Assembly (NCBI GenBank): GCA_016784605.1
Contig: JADHUI010000005.1
Coordinates: 6,410 to 70,409 of the forward strand
DNA length: 64,000 bases
Direction of reading: 5' to 3'
DNA from: Fidelibacterota bacterium
Lineage (GTDB): Bacteria > Fidelibacterota > Marinisomatia > Marinisomatales > UBA1611
Below the pieces are notes generated by a model. That model was not told where the DNA came from. It saw only the letters and a list, made by a program, of their open reading frames with translations, and did not search any database. Positions 9,365 through 21,223 of the stretch are shown piece after piece; position 1 is the first letter of the stretch, and each line of letters starts with the position of its first letter. The translations under genes and the position numbers were made by a program.

Positions 9365-11619
9365 GAATCTTTTGCAATTTTGTTTAAAGCGGATCCTTCT
9401 TTAAACCATTCTATTTGAATATTAGATAATGAATGGGATAATGTGCCAGAATCAACAGAACCATCCAAATGGGTCATAATCATTTCGTGTTTACTTCCTG
9501 TTGCAAGAGAATCCAAACCTAAAATATCCACTCGATCATTTTCCTGAATGAGATTATAAGTATTTTTATCATCGAATGTAAAAGGAAGAATCCCTTGTTT
9601 TTTTAGATTCGTTTCTGCGATTCGAGCAAAACTTCGCGTAATAACGGCTTTACATCCTAAATGCCGAGGTTCCATAGCTGCATGTTCACGGCTAGATCCT
9701 TCGCCATAATTTTCATCACCAATGACGACCCAACCGGTCTGATTTGACTTATAATACCTCGCAATTTGATTAAATGATTGGCCCGTTTCTCCATTAAGAA
9801 TATTTGTGCCGTGTCCCACTTCATCCGTAAAACTATTGACGGCTCCACTATACATATTTCCGGAAATATTGTCCAAATGGCCTCTGAATCTTAACCAAGG
9901 ACCTGCTGGAGATATATGATCTGTAGTGCATTTTCCTTTTGCCTTTACTAATACAGGTAATTGACAAAAATCATTCCCATCCCATTTTATAAATGGCTTT
10001 AATAGTTGCAATCGTTCACTTTCAGGATTTACAACAACTTGAATATCTTTTCCAGATTTGGGAGGCGCCACAAACCCAAATTCGCCAGGATCAAACCCAT
10101 CCTTTGGTAATTCTTTTCCAACAGGATGACTTAGCATGACCTTTTCTCCGTTTTCATTTATTAACGAATCCGTTTCAGGATTAAAGCTCATGGATCCAGC
10201 TATAGCTAAAGCAGTTACAATTTCCGGACTTCCAATAAATGCATATGTGCCTGAATTCCCATCAGCTCTCTTGGCAAAATTTCGATTGAAGGATGTTATA
10301 ATAGAATTTTTCTTTCCATCTTCCATGCCATGTCGCTTCCATTGACCAATACACGGTCCACATGCATTCGCCAAAACGGTTCCACCTAATTCTTCCAGAA
10401 TCGCTAATTGACCATCTCGTTCAATAGTGGCTCGTATTTGTTCAGATCCTGGAGAGATCATGAAGGATGATTTTGCTTTTAATCCTTTTGATAGCGCTTG
10501 TTTTGCAACGTGAGCTGCTCGTTCAATATCTTCATAAGATGAATTCGTGCAACTTCCAATTAATGCGACACTCAAAACATCCTCATATTCCTGCTCAATA
10601 ACATCCGTTTTCATTTGAGAAATGGGATGGGTCAAATCCGGTGTAAATGGACCCACAATGTGTGGCTCTAGTTCCGATAAATTTATTTCAATAATTTCGT
10701 CATAATAAGCTTCAGGATTTTCCAATACTTCATCATCTGCACGTAAATGCGTTTTAATGCCATCGGCTAAATCCGCAACATCCGATCTTTCTGTTTGTCT
10801 TAAATAAGTTCCCATTTTTTCATCATAAGGAAAAACAGATGTTGTTGCGCCTATTTCAGCGCCCATATTTGTGATGGTTGCTTTTCCAGTGCAACTAATT
10901 GATTTTGTTCCAGGACCAAAATATTCAACAATTTTCCCTGTACCACCTTTGACAGTCATAATTCCTGCTAATTTTAAGATGACATCTTTTGCGGATGTCC
11001 AGCCCGATAAAGAACCGGTTAATTTAACGCCAGTTACACCGGGCCATTTCAGTTCCCAAGGCATTCCAGCCATAACATCCACAGCATCAGCACCGCCCAC
11101 TCCAATTGCGACCATACCTAAACCACCCGCATTTACTGTATGAGAATCAGTCCCAACCATCATTCCGCCTGGAAAAGCATAATTTTCTAAAATAACTTGG
11201 TGAATAATTCCCGCTCCGGGTTTCCAAAAACCAATGCCATATTTTTGACTCACGGAATGTAGAAATGCATACACTTCTCCATTTACTTTCTCCGCCGTTG
11301 CTAAATCACTTAAAGCACCTACTTCTGCTTGAATTAAATGATCACAATGGACGGTGGAAGGGACCGCTGTTTGCTGCTTCCCTGCTGACATAAATTGCAA
11401 TAAAGCCATTTGTGCCGTTGCGTCTTGCATAGCCACACGATCAGGATTGAAATAAGCATATGTTTCAAATCGCGTTGGCTTTTTTGAAAATGGTTCAGCT
11501 AAGTGTGCAAATAGAATTTTTTCTGTAAATGTAAGTGGTCGCCCTAAAAAGGATCGAGCATTTTCTACCTTTTCCCCAAATGTGCTATAAACATCTTTTA
11601 TCATCCGTAAATCGAACAT
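9361..11619 (-). CDS. Aconitate hydratase (mitochondrial-like type)
   Basis: [56 protein letters not shown]; likely ATG at 11619 after AAGGA. Confidence 0.93.
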   Translation of the reverse strand: MFDLRMIKDVYSTFGEKVENARSFLGRPLTFTEKILFAHLAEPFSKKPTRFETYAYFNPDRVAMQDATAQMALLQFMSAGKQQTAVPSTVHCDHLIQAEVGALSDLATAEKVNGEVYAFLHSVSQKYGIGFWKPGAGIIHQVILENYAFPGGMMVGTDSHTVNAGGLGMVAIGVGGADAVDVMAGMPWELKWPGVTGVKLTGSLSGWTSAKDVILKLAGIMTVKGGTGKIVEYFGPGTKSISCTGKATITNMGAEIGATTSVFPYDEKMGTYLRQTERSDVADLADGIKTHLRADDEVLENPEAYYDEIIEINLSELEPHIVGPFTPDLTHPISQMKTDVIEQEYEDVLSVALIGSCTNSSYEDIERAAHVAKQALSKGLKAKSSFMISPGSEQIRATIERDGQLAILEELGGTVLANACGPCIGQWKRHGMEDGKKNSIITSFNRNFAKRADGNSGTYAFIGSPEIVTALAIAGSMSFNPETDSLINENGEKVMLSHPVGKELPKDGFDPGEFGFVAPPKSGKDIQVVVNPESERLQLLKPFIKWDGNDFCQLPVLVKAKGKCTTDHISPAGPWLRFRGHLDNISGNMYSGAVNSFTDEVGHGTNILNGETGQSFNQIARYYKSNQTGWVVIGDENYGEGSSREHAAMEPRHLGCKAVITRSFARIAETNLKKQGILPFTFDDKNTYNLIQENDRVDILGLDSLATGSKHEMIMTHLDGSVDSGTLSHSLSNIQIEWFKEGSALNKIAKDS

Positions 11620-11767
11620 GAATTTCATCCTTTTGTCATCAATTGCTATATGTGGAACCCAAACCATTTTAAATCGTTTGGAATTAGACGTTGAAGTTAC
11701 AGAATCAATACGAGAGTTTTCAATGCGAAGTCATGAATAGTTACCATAAATTTTGAATGAAGATAAA

Positions 11768-14700
11768 ATGAAATATTTTCTTATTATAGTTACCCTTTTT
11801 CAGGTGGGCTTTGCAAAAAGCTCCCAAAGTATTCAAAGAAATGATGCTGAACAATTTTCTTTTGATGTTATGACCGAACCACGAAACGTTGATGATTTGC
11901 GACATAAATCTTTTTTAATTGGTTTACCAAACAAATCTATACCTCATGTATCTGTTCAATATTTAGAACCGACCGAATGTCCATTTGATTGTTCTTCTCT
12001 CCAAAGTGAAGCGGAATTTTGGGCCCAACAGCAAAAAGTACAATCGTTAGAAACGGCTACATTTGTTATTTCTCCCGTTAAAGGGAATAATCAATATTAT
12101 AAAAAAATTCGAATCCAAATGAATTTCGGAAATTTCCAGGAAGAATTCCAACCGCCCACAAAAAATCAAGCCATCCTTTTATCGCCTCAAATTATGAATT
12201 GGGATTATGCTAAAAACTGGATTCAACCTCAATCGCGAAAAAGAATGCAAACCAGTTCATTCCCGGCAGGTACATGGTTATCGTTTCATATTGAAAAAGA
12301 TGGAATGGCGAAAATATCCTACAATTCTATATCTTCCATATATAATCAAACATCCACCATTGACCCTCGATCCATTATGCTTTTTACCGGACCAGAATTA
12401 GGCAGGTCGAAAACACAAGCAACAAATCAACCCATCCAAGATAATCTGGTTGAAATAGGTTTATTTATTTCAGGTGAAAATGATGGTACATTTGATTCTA
12501 ATGATGAAATATTCTTCTATGGGAAAGGAGCCAGCGGTTATAATGTTATGAGCGGATCCGTTGTATTTAATCAAAATTTATATTTCACGCATAATACCTA
12601 TTATTTACTCATCCCCAATGACACTTCTCTTCGAGGAAATAGAATTACAGATGAAACAATCCCCGACGAAATTACTCTATCAATCGATTATGGTTTAAAT
12701 TACATCCACCAGGAAATCGATTTAGTTAACCCGGCTCAATCAGGGTTAGGATGGGCATCAAGCCCTATTCCCCATAATGGAACTTATTCTTTAGATTTAA
12801 ATATGCCTTCCCCAAAAACGACAATCGATGCCACCGTTACTATGGGGTTTCTTGGTGGCGAATTAACGCCCACGTCCTATCATAATACCAATCATAGAAT
12901 CTATTGTTATTTTGGTTCTGTCATTTCAGGAAATCATACGGCGTATGCATCTTGGTCATCAATCGGGACACATACGGCAAACTTCATCATTCCTGGTACG
13001 AATTTATCAATTGGAATTAATTCACTCTTTGCCGTTAATTCATCTAGCAATAGCAATTCTCAACCCTATTTTGATTATATAAACCTTCAATATGGTCGTC
13101 AATTGATGGCAAATGAGTCTTATGATTTTTATTCACCCATTCAAGGGACAAAAGTAAGATTTGTTCTTGATGGTTCTCCTTCCAGCTTAATGCATATTTG
13201 GGATATTTCAGATGTTCAAAACCCAAAAGCAATGACACTTGTAGAAAGTTCGGGATTAACCACATTTGATATTCAAACAATGTTTGCATCCCCAAATCAT
13301 TTCACTGTTTTTAATACAGATGACTTAGTACCCATTTCTTCCTTGACAAATGAAGGTTCAATGTCTTTTTCTACGTTAAGAAAAGAAAATGAACTTGCTG
13401 ATCATATTGTCATAGGCCCAGAGTCATATCGTGAAAGTGCACAACGATTATTAGATTTAAGGACTCCTGCAGTTTTTGCAAGCATTGAAGATATATATAA
13501 AGAATTTACGGCTGGCAATGAAGATCCGATGGCCATACGAACTTTTATTCAATGGACACAGGAATATTGGCAAAGCCCCAAACCTTATTCCGTTTTCTTG
13601 ATTGGTGATGCCGATTTTGATTATAGAAATATTTCAGGAGAGTCTGGAAACATAATTCCAACTATTGAAGTAGGAACTTCTTTTTCGTGGGCTACAGATG
13701 ATCGATTAGCGACATTATATGGCTCAGTCCCAGAATTAGCTTTGGGCCGGTTCCCTGCACGCAACTTAGGTGAATTTGAAGATTATATAGATAAAATCCT
13801 CGACGCGGAAACGTCCCCTGAACTTGGAGCTTGGCGTCAACGTGTCACTCTTATTGCTGACGATGGCGCTCGCCCCGAAAAAGAAACCTGGGAAATTGGA
13901 ACGGGAAAAAGTCATACTTACAATTCAGAAGATTTAGCTTCTTTGATCCCGCCCACCATCGAAATAAATAAATTATATATGTTAGAATTTCCTGAAGAAA
14001 GTGATGCGTCCGTATATGGTGTTGTAAAACCTGAAGCAACACAAGCTGTCATAAATGCTTTAAATGAAGGAACAGCCATTATCAATTATATTGGACATGG
14101 ATCTTCAACTCAATTGGCCCAAGAGCGATTACTTTATTTAGATAGAGGCGATATTCAATTAATGAATACAGGAAATAAATATCCTTTATGGATTGTGGGT
14201 ACATGCTCCTTCGGTCATTTTGATGATTTATATATTGAATCCTTTTCTGAAGAACTTGTTCGAACACCCATGAATGCTGCCGTGGCTGTTATTAGCACAA
14301 CTCGAAAAATAACCGTATCCGGCAATGCAAATTATTCGGAAGATTTATTTTCAACAATTTTTCCGAATGGAGGTGTTTCTTCCTTGCCCATTGGTTCAAT
14401 ATTAAGAAATATAAAAACAGGATATGGCGAAGGAGAATATTTTACATTATTTGGTGATCCAGCCATGAAAATGCCAATACCCACTGACACATTATCTATA
14501 TCGTCCATTTCTCCGGACACAATTGAAACTTTAGCTTTGGGCACATTCACAGGGCAACAAATGGCTGTGGCGGAAACTGGCACTGGTATTGTATCTTTAC
14601 GAGATGCCAAAAGAACCGTTTCTCGCGAATACAATATTGCTTCTACAACTCAATCCGTTACTTATACTCTCTCTGGCCCTCTTTTATTCAGAGGCCAATT

Positions 14701-15505
14701 TTCTTTTTCGGGGAATGATTTAAGTGGAAACTTTCGAATTCCATTAGATATTTCCTATTCAGATGAAAATGCGGAAATGAATATATATATTTATAGTCAT
14801 GATGGATTAGGGGAAGCATTAGGGAACCACGGGAATATTCCTTTAAGGGGCGGGAATGTCACATCGGATACGCAAGGTCCTATTATTTCGTTCGAAACAC
14901 AAGACGGGAGAATTATTTCAACAGGAGATCATATCGATAAAGATAATCCAATTGTTATTAGACTAACAGATGCAATGGGAATTAATTTAACAAACGAAAT
15001 TGGTCATGAAATTATGTTAACAGATTTACGGAATCAAAATACCACCAATATTACGAATGATTTTATTTACGATATTAATAGCATTACCACAGGAACTATT
15101 CCCTTTACCCTGTCACCAAATGATTCCGAAATTGAATTCACAATAAAAGCATGGGATAGTGCAAACAATTCTTCAGAGCAAACATTATCTCTAAATGTAA
15201 CTGAATTACAATCATTGGGTTTATTTAACATTTTTAATTACCCAAACCCATTTGCTCAAGAAACTCAATTCACTTTTGAAATAAATCAATCGGCCGATAT
15301 TTCATTGGCAATCTTTACATTAGGTGGACGGAAAATAATGGAATTTGATCCCGTTGTATATATGTCTGGGTACCATACAATCGATTGGAATGGAAAGGAT
15401 GCTTTCGGAGGACAATTAGCCAACGGTGTTTATTTATACCGAATCCAAGCAGAAGCTAACGGCGAAAAAGTTTCAACAATCGGGCGGATTGCAAAGTTTA
15501 GATAA
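11768..15505 (+). CDS. PorU-like C25 (gingipain family) sortase with C-terminal FlgD/T9SS-type Ig domain
   Basis: FYGKG, IYKEFTAG..DPMAIR.F, LIGDADFDYRN, GRFP, catalytic YIGHG and GTC, LFGDP, AWDSANN, NYPNPF...WNG...LANGVYLY. Confidence 0.8.
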   Translation: MKYFLIIVTLFQVGFAKSSQSIQRNDAEQFSFDVMTEPRNVDDLRHKSFLIGLPNKSIPHVSVQYLEPTECPFDCSSLQSEAEFWAQQQKVQSLETATFVISPVKGNNQYYKKIRIQMNFGNFQEEFQPPTKNQAILLSPQIMNWDYAKNWIQPQSRKRMQTSSFPAGTWLSFHIEKDGMAKISYNSISSIYNQTSTIDPRSIMLFTGPELGRSKTQATNQPIQDNLVEIGLFISGENDGTFDSNDEIFFYGKGASGYNVMSGSVVFNQNLYFTHNTYYLLIPNDTSLRGNRITDETIPDEITLSIDYGLNYIHQEIDLVNPAQSGLGWASSPIPHNGTYSLDLNMPSPKTTIDATVTMGFLGGELTPTSYHNTNHRIYCYFGSVISGNHTAYASWSSIGTHTANFIIPGTNLSIGINSLFAVNSSSNSNSQPYFDYINLQYGRQLMANESYDFYSPIQGTKVRFVLDGSPSSLMHIWDISDVQNPKAMTLVESSGLTTFDIQTMFASPNHFTVFNTDDLVPISSLTNEGSMSFSTLRKENELADHIVIGPESYRESAQRLLDLRTPAVFASIEDIYKEFTAGNEDPMAIRTFIQWTQEYWQSPKPYSVFLIGDADFDYRNISGESGNIIPTIEVGTSFSWATDDRLATLYGSVPELALGRFPARNLGEFEDYIDKILDAETSPELGAWRQRVTLIADDGARPEKETWEIGTGKSHTYNSEDLASLIPPTIEINKLYMLEFPEESDASVYGVVKPEATQAVINALNEGTAIINYIGHGSSTQLAQERLLYLDRGDIQLMNTGNKYPLWIVGTCSFGHFDDLYIESFSEELVRTPMNAAVAVISTTRKITVSGNANYSEDLFSTIFPNGGVSSLPIGSILRNIKTGYGEGEYFTLFGDPAMKMPIPTDTLSISSISPDTIETLALGTFTGQQMAVAETGTGIVSLRDAKRTVSREYNIASTTQSVTYTLSGPLLFRGQFSFSGNDLSGNFRIPLDISYSDENAEMNIYIYSHDGLGEALGNHGNIPLRGGNVTSDTQGPIISFETQDGRIISTGDHIDKDNPIVIRLTDAMGINLTNEIGHEIMLTDLRNQNTTNITNDFIYDINSITTGTIPFTLSPNDSEIEFTIKAWDSANNSSEQTLSLNVTELQSLGLFNIFNYPNPFAQETQFTFEINQSADISLAIFTLGGRKIMEFDPVVYMSGYHTIDWNGKDAFGGQLANGVYLYRIQAEANGEKVSTIGRIAKFR

Positions 15506-15509
15506 TAAA

Positions 15510-16094
15510 ATGACAAAACCGCCAAAAATAATATTAGCATCAACATCACCTCGAAGAAAACAGCTCTTGGAACAAATCGATTTTTCCTTTGAAATTATCC
15601 CAAGTACGATTTATGAAGATTTTAACATATCGCTAAAACCCAAAAACTTTGCAATGCATTATGCAGAATTGAAAGCGAAAGATGTTGCATCTAATTATAC
15701 AGATGCATTAGTAATAGGGGCAGATACAATTGTTGTATATGATGATAAAATTCTAGGGAAACCCAAAGATAAAAACGAAAGTTTCGATATGCTTACCATG
15801 CTTTCCGGCAATACACATAAAGTAATAACAGGTGTTTCAATTCAATGGCAATCATGCAATATTTCCGAAACTTTTGCTGAAGAAACATTCGTCACTTTTC
15901 GCGAAATTAGCAAAAGCGATATACTCTATTATATTAGCACTTACAATCCTTTAGATAAAGCTGGGAGTTATGGTATTCAAGATTGGTTTTCGGTCTATGT
16001 GAAAGAAATCAAAGGGGACTTTTATAATGTAATGGGTTTCCCCTTATCGTCTTTTTATCAAAGGTATAAACGGATAATTGAAGCCGATGATTAA
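15510..16094 (+). CDS. maf: Maf family nucleotide pyrophosphatase
   Basis: IILASTSPRRKQLL, IGADTIV, DKAGSYGIQ, NVMGFP; ATG at 15510. Confidence 0.92.
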   Translation: MTKPPKIILASTSPRRKQLLEQIDFSFEIIPSTIYEDFNISLKPKNFAMHYAELKAKDVASNYTDALVIGADTIVVYDDKILGKPKDKNESFDMLTMLSGNTHKVITGVSIQWQSCNISETFAEETFVTFREISKSDILYYISTYNPLDKAGSYGIQDWFSVYVKEIKGDFYNVMGFPLSSFYQRYKRIIEADD

Positions 16095-16509
16095 GATTAA
16101 CGATCAATTATCTATTTCAGAAAAGGAAATCCAATTTGATGCAATTCGAGCCTCCGGTCCAGGGGGACAGCATGTCAATAAATCTTCTACAGCTATTCAA
16201 TTAAAATTTGATTTAAACACATCATCTCTAACGAATGATATTCTAACTCGACTTAGGGTTATCGCGGGCTCACATTTATCGACCAATGATGTTATAATCA
16301 TTAAGGCTCAAAACCACCGATCACAAAGGATGAATAAAACAGATGCACTGGATCGACTATTACGAATGATTGCCCAAGCAGCAATAAAGCCTAAAATCAG
16401 AAGACAAACCCGCGTTCCTATAAAAGAAAAAGAAAAGCGGCTGAGAAATAAGCGACATCAAAGTCAAAAGAAAGAGTTTCGAAAATATCCAAATGTTGAA
16501 AATGACTAA
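16087..16509 (+). CDS. arfB: Alternative ribosome rescue peptidyl-tRNA hydrolase
   Basis: RASGPGGQHVNK, RSQ..NK, basic C-terminal tail. Confidence 0.9.
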   Translation: MIKINDQLSISEKEIQFDAIRASGPGGQHVNKSSTAIQLKFDLNTSSLTNDILTRLRVIAGSHLSTNDVIIIKAQNHRSQRMNKTDALDRLLRMIAQAAIKPKIRRQTRVPIKEKEKRLRNKRHQSQKKEFRKYPNVEND

Positions 16510-16576
16510 AAACAGTTGTTTTATGGATTGTCACCCAAGACTCCTTCTGTTAATTTCACCTGCGAAATTTTAGACT

Positions 16577-17413
16577 ATGGCTCAATTTTACTTAGAATTA
16601 AAGGTGTTACGTGAATCTCGAGGAATCTCCTTAGAAGAGCTCGAATCCCGTACTAAAATCAATATCCGTTATTTACGGGCTATTGAAAAGGGTGAGTTCG
16701 ATGTGATAGAAGTGCCTTATTTACGTTTATTCCTTAGGGCTTATGCAGAAGAAATTGGTGGCGATTCTGTGAATGCATTGGAACAATTAGACTCTTTTAA
16801 TGGGACTGTAAAAAAACCACTTCAAATAGTTCAAGAAGAGCTAAAAGATGATGTTCCAGGCTACCCGTCTCAGGATGCCAATGAAAAGATAAATTCTTCT
16901 TTCCAAACAGATCAAAAACTGAGGCAAGATATTATAAAAGGAAGTGTGTTACTTTTAATTTTTATTTTTGCTATTGTTATTTTCAGATCCATTTTTACAG
17001 AAGAAAGTAGTGCGCAGCTCGAACCAGCATCAACGAATTCTGCATCAGTAGAATCAACGATATCAGAATCCATTATTTTGGCAAAATACCGTGCAATCGC
17101 TTCAAGTAACGCCATGGTTCAAGTCGAACCCCCTTTCTTTATCACCATCCAGTCAAGCGAACAAATAAACATTTTATTTTCATTTGACAATGGCGCAAGT
17201 CAAACAATTACATTATTTGCAGGTGTTAATAAAACTTTACCTCCTTTTGTCGAGTCCGCAAATATCTTATTCCCTAAATCATTGGGCGTAACTACTCTTA
17301 TTAATGGTATCAGCCCAGGGAAAATAGACGAGCAAGAACACCCCGTCCGCCTTGAAATCATTAATGCACCTCCTAGCGTAAAAATCACCCATTACGCTCC
17401 AAGCTTCAATTAA
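16577..17413 (+). CDS. RodZ-like HTH membrane protein
   Basis: LKVLRESRGISLEE...TKINIRYLRAIEKG...YLRLFLRAYA HTH, single TM, periplasmic domain. Confidence 0.75.
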   Translation: MAQFYLELKVLRESRGISLEELESRTKINIRYLRAIEKGEFDVIEVPYLRLFLRAYAEEIGGDSVNALEQLDSFNGTVKKPLQIVQEELKDDVPGYPSQDANEKINSSFQTDQKLRQDIIKGSVLLLIFIFAIVIFRSIFTEESSAQLEPASTNSASVESTISESIILAKYRAIASSNAMVQVEPPFFITIQSSEQINILFSFDNGASQTITLFAGVNKTLPPFVESANILFPKSLGVTTLINGISPGKIDEQEHPVRLEIINAPPSVKITHYAPSFN

Positions 17414-17496
17414 ATAACCCACAAAAACCCATATCTGTTATACCCCTATCAAATAGGGACTTCCAGCATTTATATTAAAATAATTATTAATAATTA

Positions 17497-17541
17497 TTGA
17501 CATTATTCTTACAAGTAAGTAAGATAGTGGGTAGTTGTGGG
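17497..17541 (+). promoter_or_regulatory. dcw promoter with MraZ-binding GTGGG boxes
   Basis: TTGACA (17497-17502), 17 nt, TAAGAT (17520-17525); GTGGG at 17527 and 17537 (10-bp period). Confidence 0.75.
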
Positions 17542-17560
17542 TAACTTTCCCTTTTAAACA

Positions 17561-18025
17561 ATGACTTTAAGTGCTAACAGATTCATTGGCGAATACGCCT
17601 ATTCAATTGATGCGAAAGGTCGCGTCAATATTCCTGCCAGATTCAGGCAGGCCCTCTCAGTTGAAAATGAGGGGACCTTTTTTACAACGCGTGGTTTTGA
17701 TCGTTGCATCTATGTTATTCCAGCCATCATTTGGATGGATATGGAAACGGAACTCAGCAATCTTTCTTCCGTCTCGGGAATCAATAGAACCTTTATCCGA
17801 AATCAAACGCGACATGCTTCATCTTCCACATATGATAAGCAGGGACGAATTACTCTTCCTACGTCCCTGCTTGAGTACGCTGGTATTGACAAAGAAGTAG
17901 CCATTATTGGCATGATTAATAAAATTGAAATTTGGAATCCTGATATCTTAGCAGAAAATGATCAAAACAATCTTAACCTAGATTCAAATGCATATGATGA
18001 TTTGGCCGGAAAAATTATACTCTAA
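17561..18025 (+). CDS. mraZ: Division/cell wall cluster transcriptional repressor
   Basis: IDAKGRVNIPARFR and DKQGRITLP repeats, IEIW. Confidence 0.95.
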   Translation: MTLSANRFIGEYAYSIDAKGRVNIPARFRQALSVENEGTFFTTRGFDRCIYVIPAIIWMDMETELSNLSSVSGINRTFIRNQTRHASSSTYDKQGRITLPTSLLEYAGIDKEVAIIGMINKIEIWNPDILAENDQNNLNLDSNAYDDLAGKIIL

Positions 18026-18924
18026 TGAATTCATTGCCATCTCAGGAAACGCAATTACCGCATATTCCTGTAATGGTCGACGAGGTATTGACTTACCTCA
18101 GTATCAACCCCAATGGAGTTTATGTGGATGGAACCGTCGGAGCAGGCGGCCATTCCAAACATATTCTCAATCAGCTTTCTCCCGCAGGAACTCTCGTTGG
18201 ATTTGACCGGGACCAAGAGGCCTTGGATATTGCCAAGAAAACCCTTTCCGCCTCTCCATCTCGGATCAAACTCGCCTGCGCGTCATATCACACATTCCCA
18301 ACGTTTCTTCGGAATGAAGGAATTCCAAGCGTGAATGGTTTTTTACTCGATTTAGGGCTTTCGTCTATGCAACTCAATGATGCATCCAGGGGATTTGCGT
18401 TTTCAAAGAGCGGTCCACTTGATATGAGATTTGATCAGACGGCGGAACTTGACGCTGAATCATTAATTAATTATAGTTCTGAAGAAGAATTGGCCAATAT
18501 TATATATGAGTTTGGAGAAGAAAGATTGTCTCGTCGAATTGCAAGGTCCATCGCGCAGAAAAGACCCATATCCACCGTTGACGACCTTTATGACGCAGTG
18601 CGATCGGCAACGCCTCCGCAACATAGGAATAAATCCTTAGCGCGTGTTTTTCAGGCATTTCGTATTGCTGTTAATCAAGAACTCGAAAAAATTGAGTCCT
18701 TTTTAGCTCATTTTATGGATTCTTTAACTGTCGGCGGCCGAATTGTAATTATGAGTTATCATTCGCTCGAAGATCGCATGGTAAAGCATTCATTTAAATC
18801 ACTTAAGCAAGCAGGAGTATTAAAAGTGCTCACAAAAAAACCCATTATGGCAAGTAAAGAAGAAATCGAAATCAACCCGAGATCGCGAAGCGCAAAATTA
18901 CGTGCTGCTGAAAGGATTATCTAA
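18025..18924 (+). CDS. rsmH: 16S rRNA m4C1402 methyltransferase
   Basis: HIPVMVDEV, DGTVGAGGHS, DLGLSSMQ, FQAFRIAVNQE, YHSLEDR, NPRSRSAKLR. Confidence 0.95.
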   Translation: MNSLPSQETQLPHIPVMVDEVLTYLSINPNGVYVDGTVGAGGHSKHILNQLSPAGTLVGFDRDQEALDIAKKTLSASPSRIKLACASYHTFPTFLRNEGIPSVNGFLLDLGLSSMQLNDASRGFAFSKSGPLDMRFDQTAELDAESLINYSSEEELANIIYEFGEERLSRRIARSIAQKRPISTVDDLYDAVRSATPPQHRNKSLARVFQAFRIAVNQELEKIESFLAHFMDSLTVGGRIVIMSYHSLEDRMVKHSFKSLKQAGVLKVLTKKPIMASKEEIEINPRSRSAKLRAAERII

Positions 18925-19247
18925 TGGCTCGTCGAAGAAAGTCAAAAAAACAAAATGAAATATTTCAAACAGCCATGTTCTTTGTGTCTACTATTGGTGT
19001 CATTGCTTGTCTGATTATTTATCTTTGGGTTTACACGGAAATTGATGAATCATTGTTGGCAATTGAAATTCAAAATTCCACTGTTGCAGAAATTTCAAAT
19101 GAAATTGAAGAATTAAAAAGTAGTATAGAAATGTTATCGCGCCCTGATGTTATTTCGCGAAAAGCAAAAAGCCAGCTTGGGATGGTTGTAGCTCATCCGG
19201 AAACACTTTCAATAAAGTTGAATGCAGGATTGTTGAATTCGCTATGA
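18924..19247 (+). CDS. ftsL: Cell division protein FtsL-like
   Basis: Short basic N-terminus, TM, coiled coil, AKSQLGM; position between rsmH and ftsI. Confidence 0.75.
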   Translation: MARRRKSKKQNEIFQTAMFFVSTIGVIACLIIYLWVYTEIDESLLAIEIQNSTVAEISNEIEELKSSIEMLSRPDVISRKAKSQLGMVVAHPETLSIKLNAGLLNSL

Positions 19248-21223
19248 CAAAGACATACCTAAAATATCGAAATCGTGTAACGGTGATTTCCAGCTTTGTG
19301 CTAATTAGCTGGGCGGGACTTTCATTCCGTTTATTCGATATTATGGTATTAAATGGTGAAGAATTTCATCGTATCGGACTAAAGCAAGGCCTCATTGAAT
19401 TAACTATTCCTGCAAATCGCGGCAATATTGTAGATCGAGATAATCGCCCCTTAACTCGAAATATTATTCATTATACCTTAGCTGCAAATCCACAGAAAGT
19501 AGATGATAAAAAAGCACTCGCAGAATTAATTCACAATCGAACAGGTAAAGGTGTCGATTCCTATTTAAACAAATTAAACAGAAAAGGAAAATTTGTTTAT
19601 TTGGAAAGGAATTTAAGTAAAGAAGTTTTGGGCTCGCTAATTGGAGTTCAGATAGATGGGTTTCAAATAAAACGACAGTATAGGCGCTATTATCCTCACG
19701 AAACTATCGGTTCACAAATATTAGGATATACCAGTGTAGATGATGATGGCATTGCCGGTTTAGAAAAAGATTTCAATCAAGATTTAAAAGGGGAATCTGG
19801 CGCCATAGTTAAATCAAAAAATGGACATGGAAAAACTCAACTATCCCCTAACCTTCCTTACACTCCGCCTAGGGATGGGAATAATATTCAATTAACGCTC
19901 GACTTAGAATACCAATCTATTTTACAGGAAGAATTAAACAGACGGATTAAGGAAACAGGCGCCAAAACAGCCACTGGGATTATTATGAATCCACAAACAG
20001 GTGAAATACTTGCAATGGCAACAGAGCCAGGATTTAATAATAATCAATACTCTGAATCATCCGTGGAATACCATAGAAACCGTGCCATAACGGATCAATT
20101 TGAACCAGGTTCAACATATAAAGTTGTTCCTGCTGTAGCCGCTTTTGATCAAAATGTTGTGGACTTAACGGAAGAGTTTAATTGTGAAAATGGTTCATTC
20201 ATGTATAAGAATATTCCGATTCGAGACCATGAAGAATATGGATTACTTACATTTCCTCAAGTCATGGAACATTCAAGCAATATTGGAATTATTAAAATTG
20301 CCGAACGCCTTGGGCAAGATGAGTTATATAAATATTCTCGCGAATTTGGTTTTGGGTCACAAACAAGAATTTCATTCAGGGGCGAATCTTCCGGTTCCCT
20401 AAAACCCATCAATCGGTGGAGCCAAATTTCCCTCGGACAAATTTCTATGGGTCATGAAGTTGGTGTAACTGCTCTCCAATTAGCGACAGCTTACTCAGCA
20501 ATCGCTAATGGTGGATTTTTAGTAGTACCTAAAATTACTCGTCAAATTATGAGTCCTGATGGGGATATAATTCGAAAAGAAAATTATGAAATCACTCGGA
20601 AAGTAGCTACCCGTGAAACGATGGATGAAATAACTAAAATGCTGTGTCGAGTTGTAAAAACCGGAACAGGTACGGGAGCTGAAATTGCTGGGTGGAATGT
20701 GGCGGGGAAAACCGGAACTGCTCAAAAATATATGGACGGAAAATATTCAAATACAAAATTTATATCAAACTTTGTTGGATATCTTCCAGCGGATAACCCT
20801 CAACTTCTAGGTGTCTTCGTATTGGATGAACCTAATGCGGGCTTTCATTGGGGAGGGATTGGTGCCGCCAAAATATTTAATCGCGTCATGACTCGGGTTA
20901 TTAGTATGGATGATGAAATTAAGCCTCCATCAAAAAAACATTATTCGTCCCCAAAAAACAAAGCTGATATTATACTTGTTGATGCATCTGTAAAAATTGC
21001 TGAGAATATTTCTAATCATCCAGTTCCGCTGTGGACGACTGCTAGTGTGGCTAAAACTATCATGCCAGAACTTCGTGGGATGAGTATGCGAAAAGCGATG
21101 ACAACACTTCGAAGATCGAATTTGAAGTACAAATTAGATGGATCTGGAAGTGTTGCATGGCAAAGTCCGGGGCCGGGAACTTATGTATCATCTGGAACCG
21201 TATGTAGAGTAGGGTTAAAATAA
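19244..21223 (+). CDS. ftsI: Penicillin-binding protein 3 transpeptidase with PASTA domain
   Basis: RGNIVDR, EPGSTYK (SxxK), SSN, KTGTAQK, C-terminal [13 protein letters not shown]. Confidence 0.93.
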   Translation: MTKTYLKYRNRVTVISSFVLISWAGLSFRLFDIMVLNGEEFHRIGLKQGLIELTIPANRGNIVDRDNRPLTRNIIHYTLAANPQKVDDKKALAELIHNRTGKGVDSYLNKLNRKGKFVYLERNLSKEVLGSLIGVQIDGFQIKRQYRRYYPHETIGSQILGYTSVDDDGIAGLEKDFNQDLKGESGAIVKSKNGHGKTQLSPNLPYTPPRDGNNIQLTLDLEYQSILQEELNRRIKETGAKTATGIIMNPQTGEILAMATEPGFNNNQYSESSVEYHRNRAITDQFEPGSTYKVVPAVAAFDQNVVDLTEEFNCENGSFMYKNIPIRDHEEYGLLTFPQVMEHSSNIGIIKIAERLGQDELYKYSREFGFGSQTRISFRGESSGSLKPINRWSQISLGQISMGHEVGVTALQLATAYSAIANGGFLVVPKITRQIMSPDGDIIRKENYEITRKVATRETMDEITKMLCRVVKTGTGTGAEIAGWNVAGKTGTAQKYMDGKYSNTKFISNFVGYLPADNPQLLGVFVLDEPNAGFHWGGIGAAKIFNRVMTRVISMDDEIKPPSKKHYSSPKNKADIILVDASVKIAENISNHPVPLWTTASVAKTIMPELRGMSMRKAMTTLRRSNLKYKLDGSGSVAWQSPGPGTYVSSGTVCRVGLK

